From a virus, in IMG/VR virus record IMGVR_UViG_3300038829_000108, positions 1 to 43,053 of that record: 43,053 nucleotides of DNA; one strand, given 5' to 3'. The notes beneath the pieces are model-generated. The model saw nothing but the letters and a program-made list of their open reading frames with translations. It ran no database searches and was not told the origin of the DNA. Position numbers and translations under genes: made by a program. Positions 22,318-30,310 of this stretch are shown one piece after another (position 1 is the stretch's first letter; every line of letters begins with the position of its first letter).

Positions 22318-25300
22318 TACTTTTCGTCTCCATCTTGATAATCTTCCATCCATTGCGCGTTGGCAGATGGAACATAATCATCCAATCTCGCCTGCGCTGG
22401 CTCAGACGCAACTGGTTCAGCCTCGTCCTCGCTCTTATAGTTCGGGTTGTAATCATTTTCTAAATCCAACCCCAGCCGCATTCGCGCAATATCCAAACGC
22501 TTCCTTTCCAAAACTACCGCAAACCCGCCCCCTGCGCTTCCAGCACGCTCCACGGGCAGCCGAAATGCCTCGTGACAAACTTTGCCCGCTGTCTGGCTCT
22601 GCGTTTTCTTGCGTCGCTTTTTTTCTTCCTCGGTTTCATCAATACTCTCAAGATCGAAAAACTCATTCAAAATCTTCGCCAGATCTTTATACAAAATGTA
22701 GCGCACTACCCCGTGCTTGCCCAATTTTCCGAACTTCACTAAATTCTTATATCCGCTCACTTTCTGTGCGTAGATCGGGCTTGCCTTCGGCTTGATTCCA
22801 TCCTCCAAATCCTTTGCAATTTCCGCCGCCAGCGCCGCGCGCAAAACCATCGCCTCAAATGAACCCGATAACTCAATCAATTGATCTTCAAAATTTGCCC
22901 GTCCGATCACAAACAGATCGTTGAATAAATCCATATCTTTTTGTTTGATCGCCATCACCTTTACCGCGCGAAATAATTGATTCGTGCGCGCATCCACCAG
23001 CACATCATTTAATTTATGTGTTGCGCGTTCTTCCTTTGTTAACTCAATCCGTGGCATCCATGTTTCCAATCGCCACCGCAGGCATATATTCCGAATCCCC
23101 TCAGCCTCTTCCTCCAACTCAGGCGGATAATATCCAGGCTCATATCCATCTCTATCGAGCGTAATCATGTCAGTCTTTGTCAAATAAAAAGTCATGAAGC
23201 GGCTTTCAAGCCCTTTATCTTTCGTGGGCTTATAACCAGTCGCCATTGTCGGACCATAAATCGGCGTGTTCGCAGGGATAAAAGTTTTTCCGTTTGGCGT
23301 CATCACTTCCATCATCTTGAATGAATGTGCCATGCGACGCATCGGACGCGCCTTCATATAGCCCGCCAGTGTCCCATCGTCCCGCTGAAGCGCGGAGTCA
23401 TACTCATCAATCATGTCAGTCGCGTGATAAATTTTTGCCAGCCCCTCATGTGATTTCGCCGTAGTAGTGGCAGCCGTCACTGCGAACCGATAAGAAGTCA
23501 GTCCCACCAAATACATCAAATCAGATTTACCGCTTCCAGCAGGCCCCAAACAGCGCAGCATATTGATCGTATCGAAACAATCGTACACATGCGTATTGAC
23601 TGACCACACCGCGCTGAATTTGAAAACGCTTTTATCTTCGGCATAAAAGAATTTCTTGTAAAACTCGGCATTCATTTGGATGATCTCAGCCGTTGTGTGC
23701 TTCTCTCCCACCCGTGACGGGAACTTGATCGCGGAAGAGTGGAACTCGATTTCCTCTTGTATCGTCTGGTCGTATGCAGGCGGAATCAAAATCTTATTTT
23801 CCAGCGTCAGAGTCTTCCCCCATCCAATCTCTCGCTCATCATTCTTGATGCTCTTGATATGCGCCCATGCCAGCCGCAATTTCTGCGCCTCGCGGTCGTA
23901 ATACATCTCTACCAAATGCCCGCTGTCTTTATTATCGCGGTTCTGAAACCATCCCCCGTATGTTTCAATTTCAGGAAGCCCATCTTCGCTATCGCCAGCC
24001 TCAGCCGCAACCTTCACCTCAGCCCGCAGCCATTTGTTGTATGCAGTAGCAGCCTCCGCCTTTGAAACATTTGGATAGATCGCAAGCGATAAATCCCGTG
24101 ACAAATTCACCCGTTGCGTTTCTGGGATTGAAAGAATCATCGGGCGCACGATCTTATCTATCATCTGATTCCGCGCATGACCGCCCAACGACCCCGCATG
24201 TCGCGCCGCCAGCACCACAATCCGCTCCGCCCTCATCGGAATTTCATTCACCAGCGCATACCCATCAGTTTTATCTGCCTTTGTATCACGGATAAACTGC
24301 GCGATGTCATTCACGTCCTTGAGGGTTTTCTGCTTTCCGTCTGGACGCATCCATTCTTTTTTCGGTGTCCGACCCACCCACAACATCGCCCCCAGCGCGT
24401 TGGACAATTCGAATTTATTATCGCGTCCCGTTACTACCTTTTCCCCTGCCGCGTCCGCATCGGTCACGTAAATAAATTCCTCATAATCATTCAGCCAATC
24501 ATCCACCTCTCCGTTCTCGACCAAATGTTCCCACGAGGAACCACATAACCCGACAGCAGGCAAACCGAATTGTTCGTATGTTTTCGAATCGCCCTGCCCT
24601 TCCACAACATAAAGCAACGCGCCTTTTTCCTGACCCTCCAAATGATGATGACGATACAACGAATTCCGAAATGCGCGGCGCTTGCCGATCAAACCCTCAT
24701 TCGGGTTGCGACTTTTCCGCTCCTCATCGAACCCAGGCAGAATTCGCCCGCTCAAATACTCGATTCGCCCATCGAACTTATGCGCGTACACCAGCGCAGG
24801 TTTATCCATCAACCCACTGACGTAATTCTTAGAAAAACTATGCGGATCAAGACCCCGCGACGTTGCCCACTCTGCGACATTCCCCTGAAACCCCAATATC
24901 ACTACCGCCTCTGGTGAGAGCAGATCAACTCCGTGCATTTTCAACTCTTCGCGCATTTCCTTCTTTTCAGCAACAGTAGCCCGCCCGCTAAAGCCAAGCG
25001 TCCCGCCGTTTTGAATCGTCCCCAACTCCCACCCACGATCCAGCGCGTAATTCAACGCACCCTCATCGCCAGCGCGAACAACTTTCCCGTCCTTGTCAGT
25101 TGTCCCCAACAGCCAGCGGCGCATGACATCCATTGCCACGCGATACGCGCCCTGTTTTGCCTGCGCTGCCTTTCGTTCAGGCATCGATGCAGTAGCAGGA
25201 AGCAGATCAATTCCAGCCCGTTGCGCTAAATTTCGCAAAGCCTCATCAAAATCCCACCCTGGATTTTTCTTCATCACCCAATCAAACTGACTCCCGCCGT

Positions 25301-25508
25301 CATTGCATGAACCGAAGCATTTCCAACGCCATCCTCCCTTATGGTTCGGAGGATACACAACCAATGACCGATTATTCTTATCGTTGTGAAACGGGCAAAA
25401 TCCAACCCACCCCCGCCCGCTCTTCTTCAACTTAACCGAAGCGATTTCATTCACCAGTTCGGATAAATCCACTTGCGCTTTGATGTCGTCAACAATTGTC
25501 ATTTTCAC
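22317..25508 (-). CDS. DnaG-type primase (CHC2 Zn finger + Toprim) fused to a P-loop helicase
   Basis: CPFHNDKNNRSLVVY...CFGSC zinc finger, VVEGQGD Toprim, GPAGSGKSD Walker A. The GTG at 25508 or the ATG at 25502 could be the start. Confidence 0.85.
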   Translation of the reverse strand: MKMTIVDDIKAQVDLSELVNEIASVKLKKSGRGWVGFCPFHNDKNNRSLVVYPPNHKGGWRWKCFGSCNDGGSQFDWVMKKNPGWDFDEALRNLAQRAGIDLLPATASMPERKAAQAKQGAYRVAMDVMRRWLLGTTDKDGKVVRAGDEGALNYALDRGWELGTIQNGGTLGFSGRATVAEKKEMREELKMHGVDLLSPEAVVILGFQGNVAEWATSRGLDPHSFSKNYVSGLMDKPALVYAHKFDGRIEYLSGRILPGFDEERKSRNPNEGLIGKRRAFRNSLYRHHHLEGQEKGALLYVVEGQGDSKTYEQFGLPAVGLCGSSWEHLVENGEVDDWLNDYEEFIYVTDADAAGEKVVTGRDNKFELSNALGAMLWVGRTPKKEWMRPDGKQKTLKDVNDIAQFIRDTKADKTDGYALVNEIPMRAERIVVLAARHAGSLGGHARNQMIDKIVRPMILSIPETQRVNLSRDLSLAIYPNVSKAEAATAYNKWLRAEVKVAAEAGDSEDGLPEIETYGGWFQNRDNKDSGHLVEMYYDREAQKLRLAWAHIKSIKNDEREIGWGKTLTLENKILIPPAYDQTIQEEIEFHSSAIKFPSRVGEKHTTAEIIQMNAEFYKKFFYAEDKSVFKFSAVWSVNTHVYDCFDTINMLRCLGPAGSGKSDLMYLVGLTSYRFAVTAATTTAKSHEGLAKIYHATDMIDEYDSALQRDDGTLAGYMKARPMRRMAHSFKMMEVMTPNGKTFIPANTPIYGPTMATGYKPTKDKGLESRFMTFYLTKTDMITLDRDGYEPGYYPPELEEEAEGIRNICLRWRLETWMPRIELTKEERATHKLNDVLVDARTNQLFRAVKVMAIKQKDMDLFNDLFVIGRANFEDQLIELSGSFEAMVLRAALAAEIAKDLEDGIKPKASPIYAQKVSGYKNLVKFGKLGKHGVVRYILYKDLAKILNEFFDLESIDETEEEKKRRKKTQSQTAGKVCHEAFRLPVERAGSAGGGFAVVLERKRLDIARMRLGLDLENDYNPNYKSEDEAEPVASEPAQARLDDYVPSANAQWMEDYQDGDEK

Positions 25509-25646
25509 CGCTCACACCATTCAGATTTTTTCAAACCGTCCACACACCATTTCTTACAACATGTTCAGAATTTTCGAGCCGCTTACCGAGCCACCCACCA
25601 TAAAAAAAAAGAAGTGACCGACCCCACCCCCTCCCCTTGCCTGTTC

Positions 25647-25683
25647 ATGCAACATAACCCCATGTTATGTTGCATCCTTTTTT
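25647..25683 (+). terminator. Plus-strand rho-independent terminator-like hairpin preceded by a C-rich tract
   Basis: ATGCAACATAAC-CCCAT-GTTATGTTGCAT followed by CC TTTTTT. The upstream tract ACCGACCCCACCCCCTCCCC resembles an inverted tail of the repeat family. Confidence 0.5.
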
Positions 25684-25791
25684 GACCGCCACGAACCTTT
25701 TCTACACAGCGCACGCGCCCATTGCAAAACGCAAGGGAAAAGGGAAGTTCTCGATTCTTTCTACTACTGCAATAAGAGTGAAGGACTGACA

Positions 25792-26034
25792 TTAACACTG
25801 ACCCAGCCTCTCCAACGCCACGCGGACTTGGTGTCCTATCTCACTCACACACTTGACCACCTCATCCATCTCCACCTGTGCAGGGGACAGTAGCGCATCC
25901 AATCCAGTGCGGTCACGTGCCTGCTGTATCCGTACCTGCGTGAGCGGGACCGTATGCTTGATTACTGCCAACTCAGCGCCTATTGTTTCCAGCGCCGCGC
26001 GGATCTCCGTGTCCCGCTTGTTTGCCCTACTCAT
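25792..26034 (-). CDS. Hypothetical protein (80 aa)
   Basis: ATG with a purine-rich upstream region; helical sequence. Confidence 0.55.
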   Translation of the reverse strand: MSRANKRDTEIRAALETIGAELAVIKHTVPLTQVRIQQARDRTGLDALLSPAQVEMDEVVKCVSEIGHQVRVALERLGQC

Positions 26035-26359
26035 TACCCTTACCCTTCAGCATGTTGGTCATCACCTGTTCGCGTTGACCTGCTTCCACGTCCCGCTTCT
26101 GCAACTCCATGTAATGGTCAAGACCATACAGGGCAAACACGGTCGCCCCCGCCGAAATGACCACGATCCACAGTGCCTGCACAATCTCGACCTCACCTTG
26201 ATCCATAAGCCACAAGCTCAACGGAACCATCATGCCCAATGAACCAAGTACGTAAGCCGCCAGGCGTGGCAGTTCTCTTCCAATCCACAATCGCCACGGC
26301 AGGTAATGGAGCAATCCTTCTGTCAACACCACGATCACGATCAAATCCCTTAGTCTCAT
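26027..26359 (-). CDS. Membrane protein (110 aa)
   Basis: ATG at 26359 lies 6 nt after GAGG. Three hydrophobic segments. Confidence 0.6.
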   Translation of the reverse strand: MRLRDLIVIVVLTEGLLHYLPWRLWIGRELPRLAAYVLGSLGMMVPLSLWLMDQGEVEIVQALWIVVISAGATVFALYGLDHYMELQKRDVEAGQREQVMTNMLKGKGNE

Positions 26360-26507
26360 TTGCAACCTCTGCCCTGTAGATTTCTCTTTCCGCATATAAC
26401 AAATTCAAAAGTAGCAGTAGACCCGCGCGCCAAGCGGACACCCTCTCCACAGGGATGGGTATATATTCGACCGTCAATCTCACTACCAACTCGGCGCGCT
26501 TAGTCAT
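26193..26507 (-). CDS. Uncertain ORF (104 aa) overlapping the membrane protein gene by 167 nt
   Basis: ATG lies 3 nt after the upstream stop. The RBS is weak and the second half overlaps a better-supported frame. Confidence 0.3.
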   Translation of the reverse strand: MTKRAELVVRLTVEYIPIPVERVSAWRAGLLLLLNLLYAEREIYRAEVANETKGFDRDRGVDRRIAPLPAVAIVDWKRTATPGGLRTWFIGHDGSVELVAYGSR

Positions 26508-26510
26508 TCA

Positions 26511-27074
26511 TTACTCGACCTTGCCGTCGTACATGTGCTTGCGCTCTTCCGTGATTTGCGCTTCAAACCATTTCCTGATCTCAGCCATCGGAATAGTGAT
26601 ACCCTTATGAGGAGCCTTGGCAATAAACGCCCACTTGAATTCTTGATGTAATATCCATGCCAATGACCAGCATACGCCATCAAAACAGCCTGTTTTTTGA
26701 CCTGAATAACCAAGGCTGTTCAAATACCACTGACAAACATTGAGAGCCAAATCTGCGGGACCAGAGCCGCCATAGCCAAACTCAAACCCGCCTGGCGAAT
26801 GATGAACGACCAGGTGCGGCACATTCGTGCGAACAATGGCGTGATCGTTATCACCATCTCTCTGCAAAACTAATGCCTGATTGAGAGATATGTGACCTTC
26901 AATATATGTATCCTCGAATTCTTGTTTCTTGCATTCATCTTTCATTGTTCCTCCATGGCCTCTACAAATGAGACCCATACCAGCCTCCACCGATTTTGGA
27001 TTGCTCAATGGCTTTTTACACCGAGAGCAATAACTTATTCGACTCGCGCCGAAAAAAGACAATTGTTGAAGCAT
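26511..27074 (-). CDS. DUF6011-like zinc-ribbon N-terminus plus conserved GYGGSGPADLA domain protein
   Basis: CSRCKKPLSNPKSVEAGMGLIC and HSPGGFEFGYGGSGPADLALN motifs. The ATG overlaps the upstream TGA (TGATG). Confidence 0.6.
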   Translation of the reverse strand: MLQQLSFFGASRISYCSRCKKPLSNPKSVEAGMGLICRGHGGTMKDECKKQEFEDTYIEGHISLNQALVLQRDGDNDHAIVRTNVPHLVVHHSPGGFEFGYGGSGPADLALNVCQWYLNSLGYSGQKTGCFDGVCWSLAWILHQEFKWAFIAKAPHKGITIPMAEIRKWFEAQITEERKHMYDGKVE

Positions 27075-28048
27075 CACTTCCTGCCTTTCTTTTTCATCAC
27101 CTTCTCGATATTGCGCTCTTTCTTCTCGTACTCATCGGCAAAGCCCGTGAGTTCATTTCGCATTCCTTCTTCCGTCAATTTCACTTGCTCCCATTGATAG
27201 GGGTCAATCAACTCTGTAATCCCTTCTCGCACAAGCGTTGCCAACGTGCGCGGCTCAACAGCATCCAATTCCCATGACGATTCGCCGAATTGATCTGCAT
27301 AAGCCTGGTATCGGCTGTCTGTTTCCTTCGCGGGATTTTCGGGCGGATTCCATTGCTCGACCTGGTCATAATTCAAAGCCAGCCGATGGATTTGGATAAA
27401 GTCCTCCACTTCATATCCCCTTTCTTCAATCCAATTCTTCAGCCCCGAAAACATCACCAGACGCTCTGTGATGTCTCGCGTCATATCAATCCCACTCGGA
27501 TCATGGTCGCCAAAATAGAAGATGTGGATTTGATTTACAACCTTATCTTGATCTCGCAAGACTTTATAAAGTCGCTTCCCAGCCTCGTACATTGCCGATG
27601 ATGATGAGTAGCCTTTGTTCGCTGTAAATCGAACATGCAGCTCTCTGCAAACTGGCTCCAAAATGCCGCTCAATGCGTCCTTCTCGACCATCACTTCCGC
27701 GTACATCGTTTGACCCTGCCACCGATCCACGCGGAATTGATTCGCCGCAGCTCGCACGATCTCCGCAGGTGACGTCCACGCCACAGGGATGGTCGTCTCA
27801 CGTCCGCGATCCTCGATCATGCCCCAATCAATCAGACCAGCCAAACGCGCATCGCTGATCAAGTTCCCAACCCGCTTGTACGACTTGACCGTGTTCTCGA
27901 TGTAATCCCTTGCTACCAACTGGTAATACAACTGGCGCAGGCTCAGGCGATAACCCTGCGCTCGATATTCGCTCAGAATGCCATTCGCAGTTTCGATCAG
28001 CTTCATGCTCTCTGCATTGAATCTATGGTCAATAAATTTCTCTTTCAT
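27074..28048 (-). CDS. Topoisomerase VI-A / Spo11-like protein (5Y-CAP + Toprim), Mini-A type
   Basis: LSLRQLYYQLVARDY (candidate catalytic Tyr), MVEKDALSGIL (Toprim Glu), FYFGDHDPSGIDM (DxD). Confidence 0.65.
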   Translation of the reverse strand: MKEKFIDHRFNAESMKLIETANGILSEYRAQGYRLSLRQLYYQLVARDYIENTVKSYKRVGNLISDARLAGLIDWGMIEDRGRETTIPVAWTSPAEIVRAAANQFRVDRWQGQTMYAEVMVEKDALSGILEPVCRELHVRFTANKGYSSSSAMYEAGKRLYKVLRDQDKVVNQIHIFYFGDHDPSGIDMTRDITERLVMFSGLKNWIEERGYEVEDFIQIHRLALNYDQVEQWNPPENPAKETDSRYQAYADQFGESSWELDAVEPRTLATLVREGITELIDPYQWEQVKLTEEGMRNELTGFADEYEKKERNIEKVMKKKGRK

Positions 28049-28356
28049 TGCCCATCTCCCTTGTCATCTAGGAGTTTCAACACGAATTTCAATTCCTGCT
28101 TGCCCGTTTCCAATTTCAATTGAATCAGCGCAAGCGGTGCGTTTTCAAACACAGTCGCAACTGGATAATGCCCGCGTTCGTCCTCTTCATACGCCGCCAG
28201 CCGCTCCGCAATCAGTTTTTTATTGATCGCCAACATACGCTCGCGCCGAAGAATTTCCTCAGCTGCGATTGTTCGCGCTTTCGGGGTGTTCGCTTCTCCG
28301 TCGCGCACTATTTCCAGCAATTTGCTAATCATAAGATTTTGGAGTCTGCCGCTCAT
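28045..28356 (-). CDS. Hypothetical protein (103 aa)
   Basis: ATG at 28356 overlaps the integrase TGA. GGAGG RBS. Confidence 0.6.
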   Translation of the reverse strand: MSGRLQNLMISKLLEIVRDGEANTPKARTIAAEEILRRERMLAINKKLIAERLAAYEEDERGHYPVATVFENAPLALIQLKLETGKQELKFVLKLLDDKGDGQ

Positions 28357-29306
28357 CACATCACCTCCAACGCCGCGCGGACTTGGCTATCCCGCACGCC
28401 GAAATACAAATCTGTCGTCTTCACATCCGCATGGCGCATTTGCCTGCGGACTGCGTTCCTGCGCGCCATCTCTGGCACGCCGATTTTCGACAAAGCATCG
28501 TTATATGCGTAAGCGAACGTATGCCGTAGATCATGCGGCTTCAAATCCACAACGTTTCCAGCCGCGCCAATCATCTTGATTCTGCGCCACACTGTACCGC
28601 GCGTAATACGTTGCCCATTCCAATCAGTGACAACCGCCTGCGCTTCAATCCCCCGCATCGTGAGCCATTCGGAAATTTCATTCATCGCCTCGGCGCTTAT
28701 ATCAATCGTCTCTTTTTTTGCGCCCTTGCCATACACGCTGATTTTGTTCGAGACAAAATCCAGGTCTGAAACATCCAACCCTGCGACCTCGCTCTCGCGC
28801 AACCCCGCGCTATTGAACAAGATCCAAATTGCTCTGTCGCGCAGTCCAAGCCATAAATGATTTTCTGTCTGATATTTCAGATGTGATCCCGCCCCAACGA
28901 CCGCATTCAACTTCTCCATCTCCGTCCCCGACCTATCACGCGGACTCGGCTCCACAGGCTGACGTCTGACCGATATAGTCGGGTCATATTCAAGCATCCC
29001 TGCTTCCACTGCCCAATGCACCAGCACGCGCATACTGGCAAGCCTGCGGTTGCGGCTGGCTGGCTTCACTGCTTTATCTGCATCCTGTCCCGCAAAATAC
29101 TTTTTCACATCCGTCGCATTGAGTTGATCGGGCGAAAATGAACTCGCATTCTCACGGTGAAAGAACTCAGAGAAATGACGCAAATCCTGCATATATGCGC
29201 TGATCGTTATTTCAACGCGGTCATGCTCGCGCAGCCAAAATTTGAAATCATCCATCCAATGAGATGTCGAAACTTCCAACTGGGTAATATCAATTTGAGG
29301 AAACAT
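28356..29306 (-). CDS. Tyrosine recombinase (XerC/D / phage integrase family)
   Basis: GLRESE (Arg), HDLRHT (His-x-x-Arg), RHADVKTTDLYFG (His and catalytic Tyr). Confidence 0.85.
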   Translation of the reverse strand: MFPQIDITQLEVSTSHWMDDFKFWLREHDRVEITISAYMQDLRHFSEFFHRENASSFSPDQLNATDVKKYFAGQDADKAVKPASRNRRLASMRVLVHWAVEAGMLEYDPTISVRRQPVEPSPRDRSGTEMEKLNAVVGAGSHLKYQTENHLWLGLRDRAIWILFNSAGLRESEVAGLDVSDLDFVSNKISVYGKGAKKETIDISAEAMNEISEWLTMRGIEAQAVVTDWNGQRITRGTVWRRIKMIGAAGNVVDLKPHDLRHTFAYAYNDALSKIGVPEMARRNAVRRQMRHADVKTTDLYFGVRDSQVRAALEVM

Positions 29307-29454
29307 TGACCGCCTCCATCACCCCATTATTGATCGCGCAAAAATCACGCGCATCTTCCAACTCGTGAAACGAGCATACATATTCCTGATGCCCGTTCAC
29401 ATCCTTGAAAACATTCCATTGATCGTTCGCATGATCGTGGTGATAGCTAAACAT
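29290..29454 (-). CDS. Small ORF (54 aa, below the track cutoff)
   Basis: The ATG is embedded in the upstream stop (CATGTTTAG). It fills the otherwise unannotated gap and overlaps the recombinase start by 17 nt. Confidence 0.4.
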   Translation of the reverse strand: MFSYHHDHANDQWNVFKDVNGHQEYVCSFHELEDARDFCAINNGVMEAVNVSSN

Positions 29455-29695
29455 GGCTCACCTTCACATGGACGGGGCATTGATCATTGTCCCCGACCTT
29501 CTCAAAACAACAACAGAGCGGTTTTTCAGCAACCCAGCGTTGCACATCCATGCCTTCGCCGATGAAACGGACGCTATAAAGACTTAAACCATCACTACCG
29601 TCCGATACGTGCCTGATTATTTCCGCATTCCCCTCTTTACGCATCATCGTCAGCGGGTCTTCGTACACTTCGACAATCGTTCCTTTTGCAATCAT
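29447..29695 (-). CDS. Hypothetical Cys-rich protein (82 aa)
   Basis: ATG at 29695 lies 6 nt after AAGGAG. The longer track ORF reads through repeat element J. Confidence 0.6.
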   Translation of the reverse strand: MIAKGTIVEVYEDPLTMMRKEGNAEIIRHVSDGSDGLSLYSVRFIGEGMDVQRWVAEKPLCCCFEKVGDNDQCPVHVKVSHV

Positions 29696-29716
29696 TGGTG
29701 ATCTCCTTTTGGTTTC

Positions 29717-29778
29717 TCTCCCCCAAATTCGCGCTCTTCGATTTGGGGGAGATGTCCCGTAATCGGGACAGAGGGGGT
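29717..29778 (-). repeat. Stem-loop + mirror-repeat element, copy J (early operon)
   Basis: Hairpin 1 at 29717-29752. Hairpin 2 at 29754-29769 (GTCCCG-TAAT-CGGGAC). AGAGGGGGT at 29770-29778. Confidence 0.85.
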
Positions 29779-29824
29779 GGTCAAAAATCCCACAAATCAA
29801 AATACCTGCTCTACAATTACCGAT

Positions 29825-29850
29825 AGAAAAAGGCTTGCCCGTCCCAAGCC
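29825..29850 (-). terminator. Rho-independent terminator downstream of the cro-like gene
   Basis: Minus sense reads GGCTTG-GGACGGG-CAAGCC followed by TTTTTCT. Confidence 0.6.
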
Positions 29851-29863
29851 GCACCGTCCATCT

Positions 29864-29890
29864 GAGCGCACAGCCCGTCCCTGTGCGCTC
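29864..29890 (-). promoter_or_regulatory. Perfect 10-bp stem-loop 5 nt after the cro stop, with the same 7-nt loop as the terminator (boxB/nut-like candidate)
   Basis: GAGCGCACAG-GGACGGG-CTGTGCGCTC. Confidence 0.5.
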
Positions 29891-29895
29891 GATCC

Positions 29896-30189
29896 TTATT
29901 CCGCTTTTGGTAATCGAAAAACGATCATCCCGCTGTCAAACACATGCGGCATGATCGCCTTGAGTGAATCAACCGCGAAGTACATCCGCCAGTCTGTATA
30001 AGTTGTGACGCAATTAAGGAAGAGATAAAGGTCGGGCGCGCGGTTCGGGTCGTTTTCCCACTTGGAGATCGTCTCGCCTGATATGCTCACATTGACCAGC
30101 TTTTCGGTCAACTTATCGGCAAACCCGCGCACAGACAACGCCTGCTGGCGGCGATATTCTTTAACTACTTCTTGAAAGGTTATTTCCAT
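29896..30189 (-). CDS. Cro-like XRE-family HTH regulator
   Basis: 97 aa. HTH region LSVRGFADKL...ISGETISKWENDPNR. It is divergent from the CI-like gene. AAGGAAG RBS. Confidence 0.75.
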   Translation of the reverse strand: MEITFQEVVKEYRRQQALSVRGFADKLTEKLVNVSISGETISKWENDPNRAPDLYLFLNCVTTYTDWRMYFAVDSLKAIMPHVFDSGMIVFRLPKAE

Positions 30190-30201
30190 GTGACTTCCTT
30201 A

Positions 30202-30226
30202 TTTGTATTTTACAAATCATTTGTAA
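30202..30226. promoter_or_regulatory. Two overlapping operator-like palindromes in the cro leader
   Basis: TTTGTA-TTT-TACAAA (30202-30216) and TTACAAA-TCA-TTTGTAA (30210-30226) share the central half-site. Confidence 0.6.
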
Positions 30227-30241
30227 TCTCAACGTGACGAG

Positions 30242-30270
30242 ATATTACTCCTCGTTTGTTATTTTGTCAA
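30242..30270 (-). promoter_or_regulatory. PR-like sigma70 promoter for the cro/early operon
   Basis: TTGACA (30270-30265), 17-nt spacer, TAATAT (30247-30242). Confidence 0.75.
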
Positions 30271-30274
30271 GTGT

Positions 30275-30303
30275 ACGTGACAGACAGGTTTTTTAGATAA
30301 AAT
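30275..30303 (+). promoter_or_regulatory. PRM-like promoter candidate giving a near-leaderless repressor mRNA
   Basis: TAAAAT at 30298-30303 lies only 7 nt before the ATG at 30311. There is no SD and the -35 (ACGTGA) is poor. Confidence 0.4.
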
Positions 30304-30310
30304 AGAACTT

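Noticed and set aside
25591-25609. A9/T9 run as a minus-strand terminator tail
   Set aside because: No stable stem precedes the T-run on the minus sense. Only a G-rich unpaired tract does.
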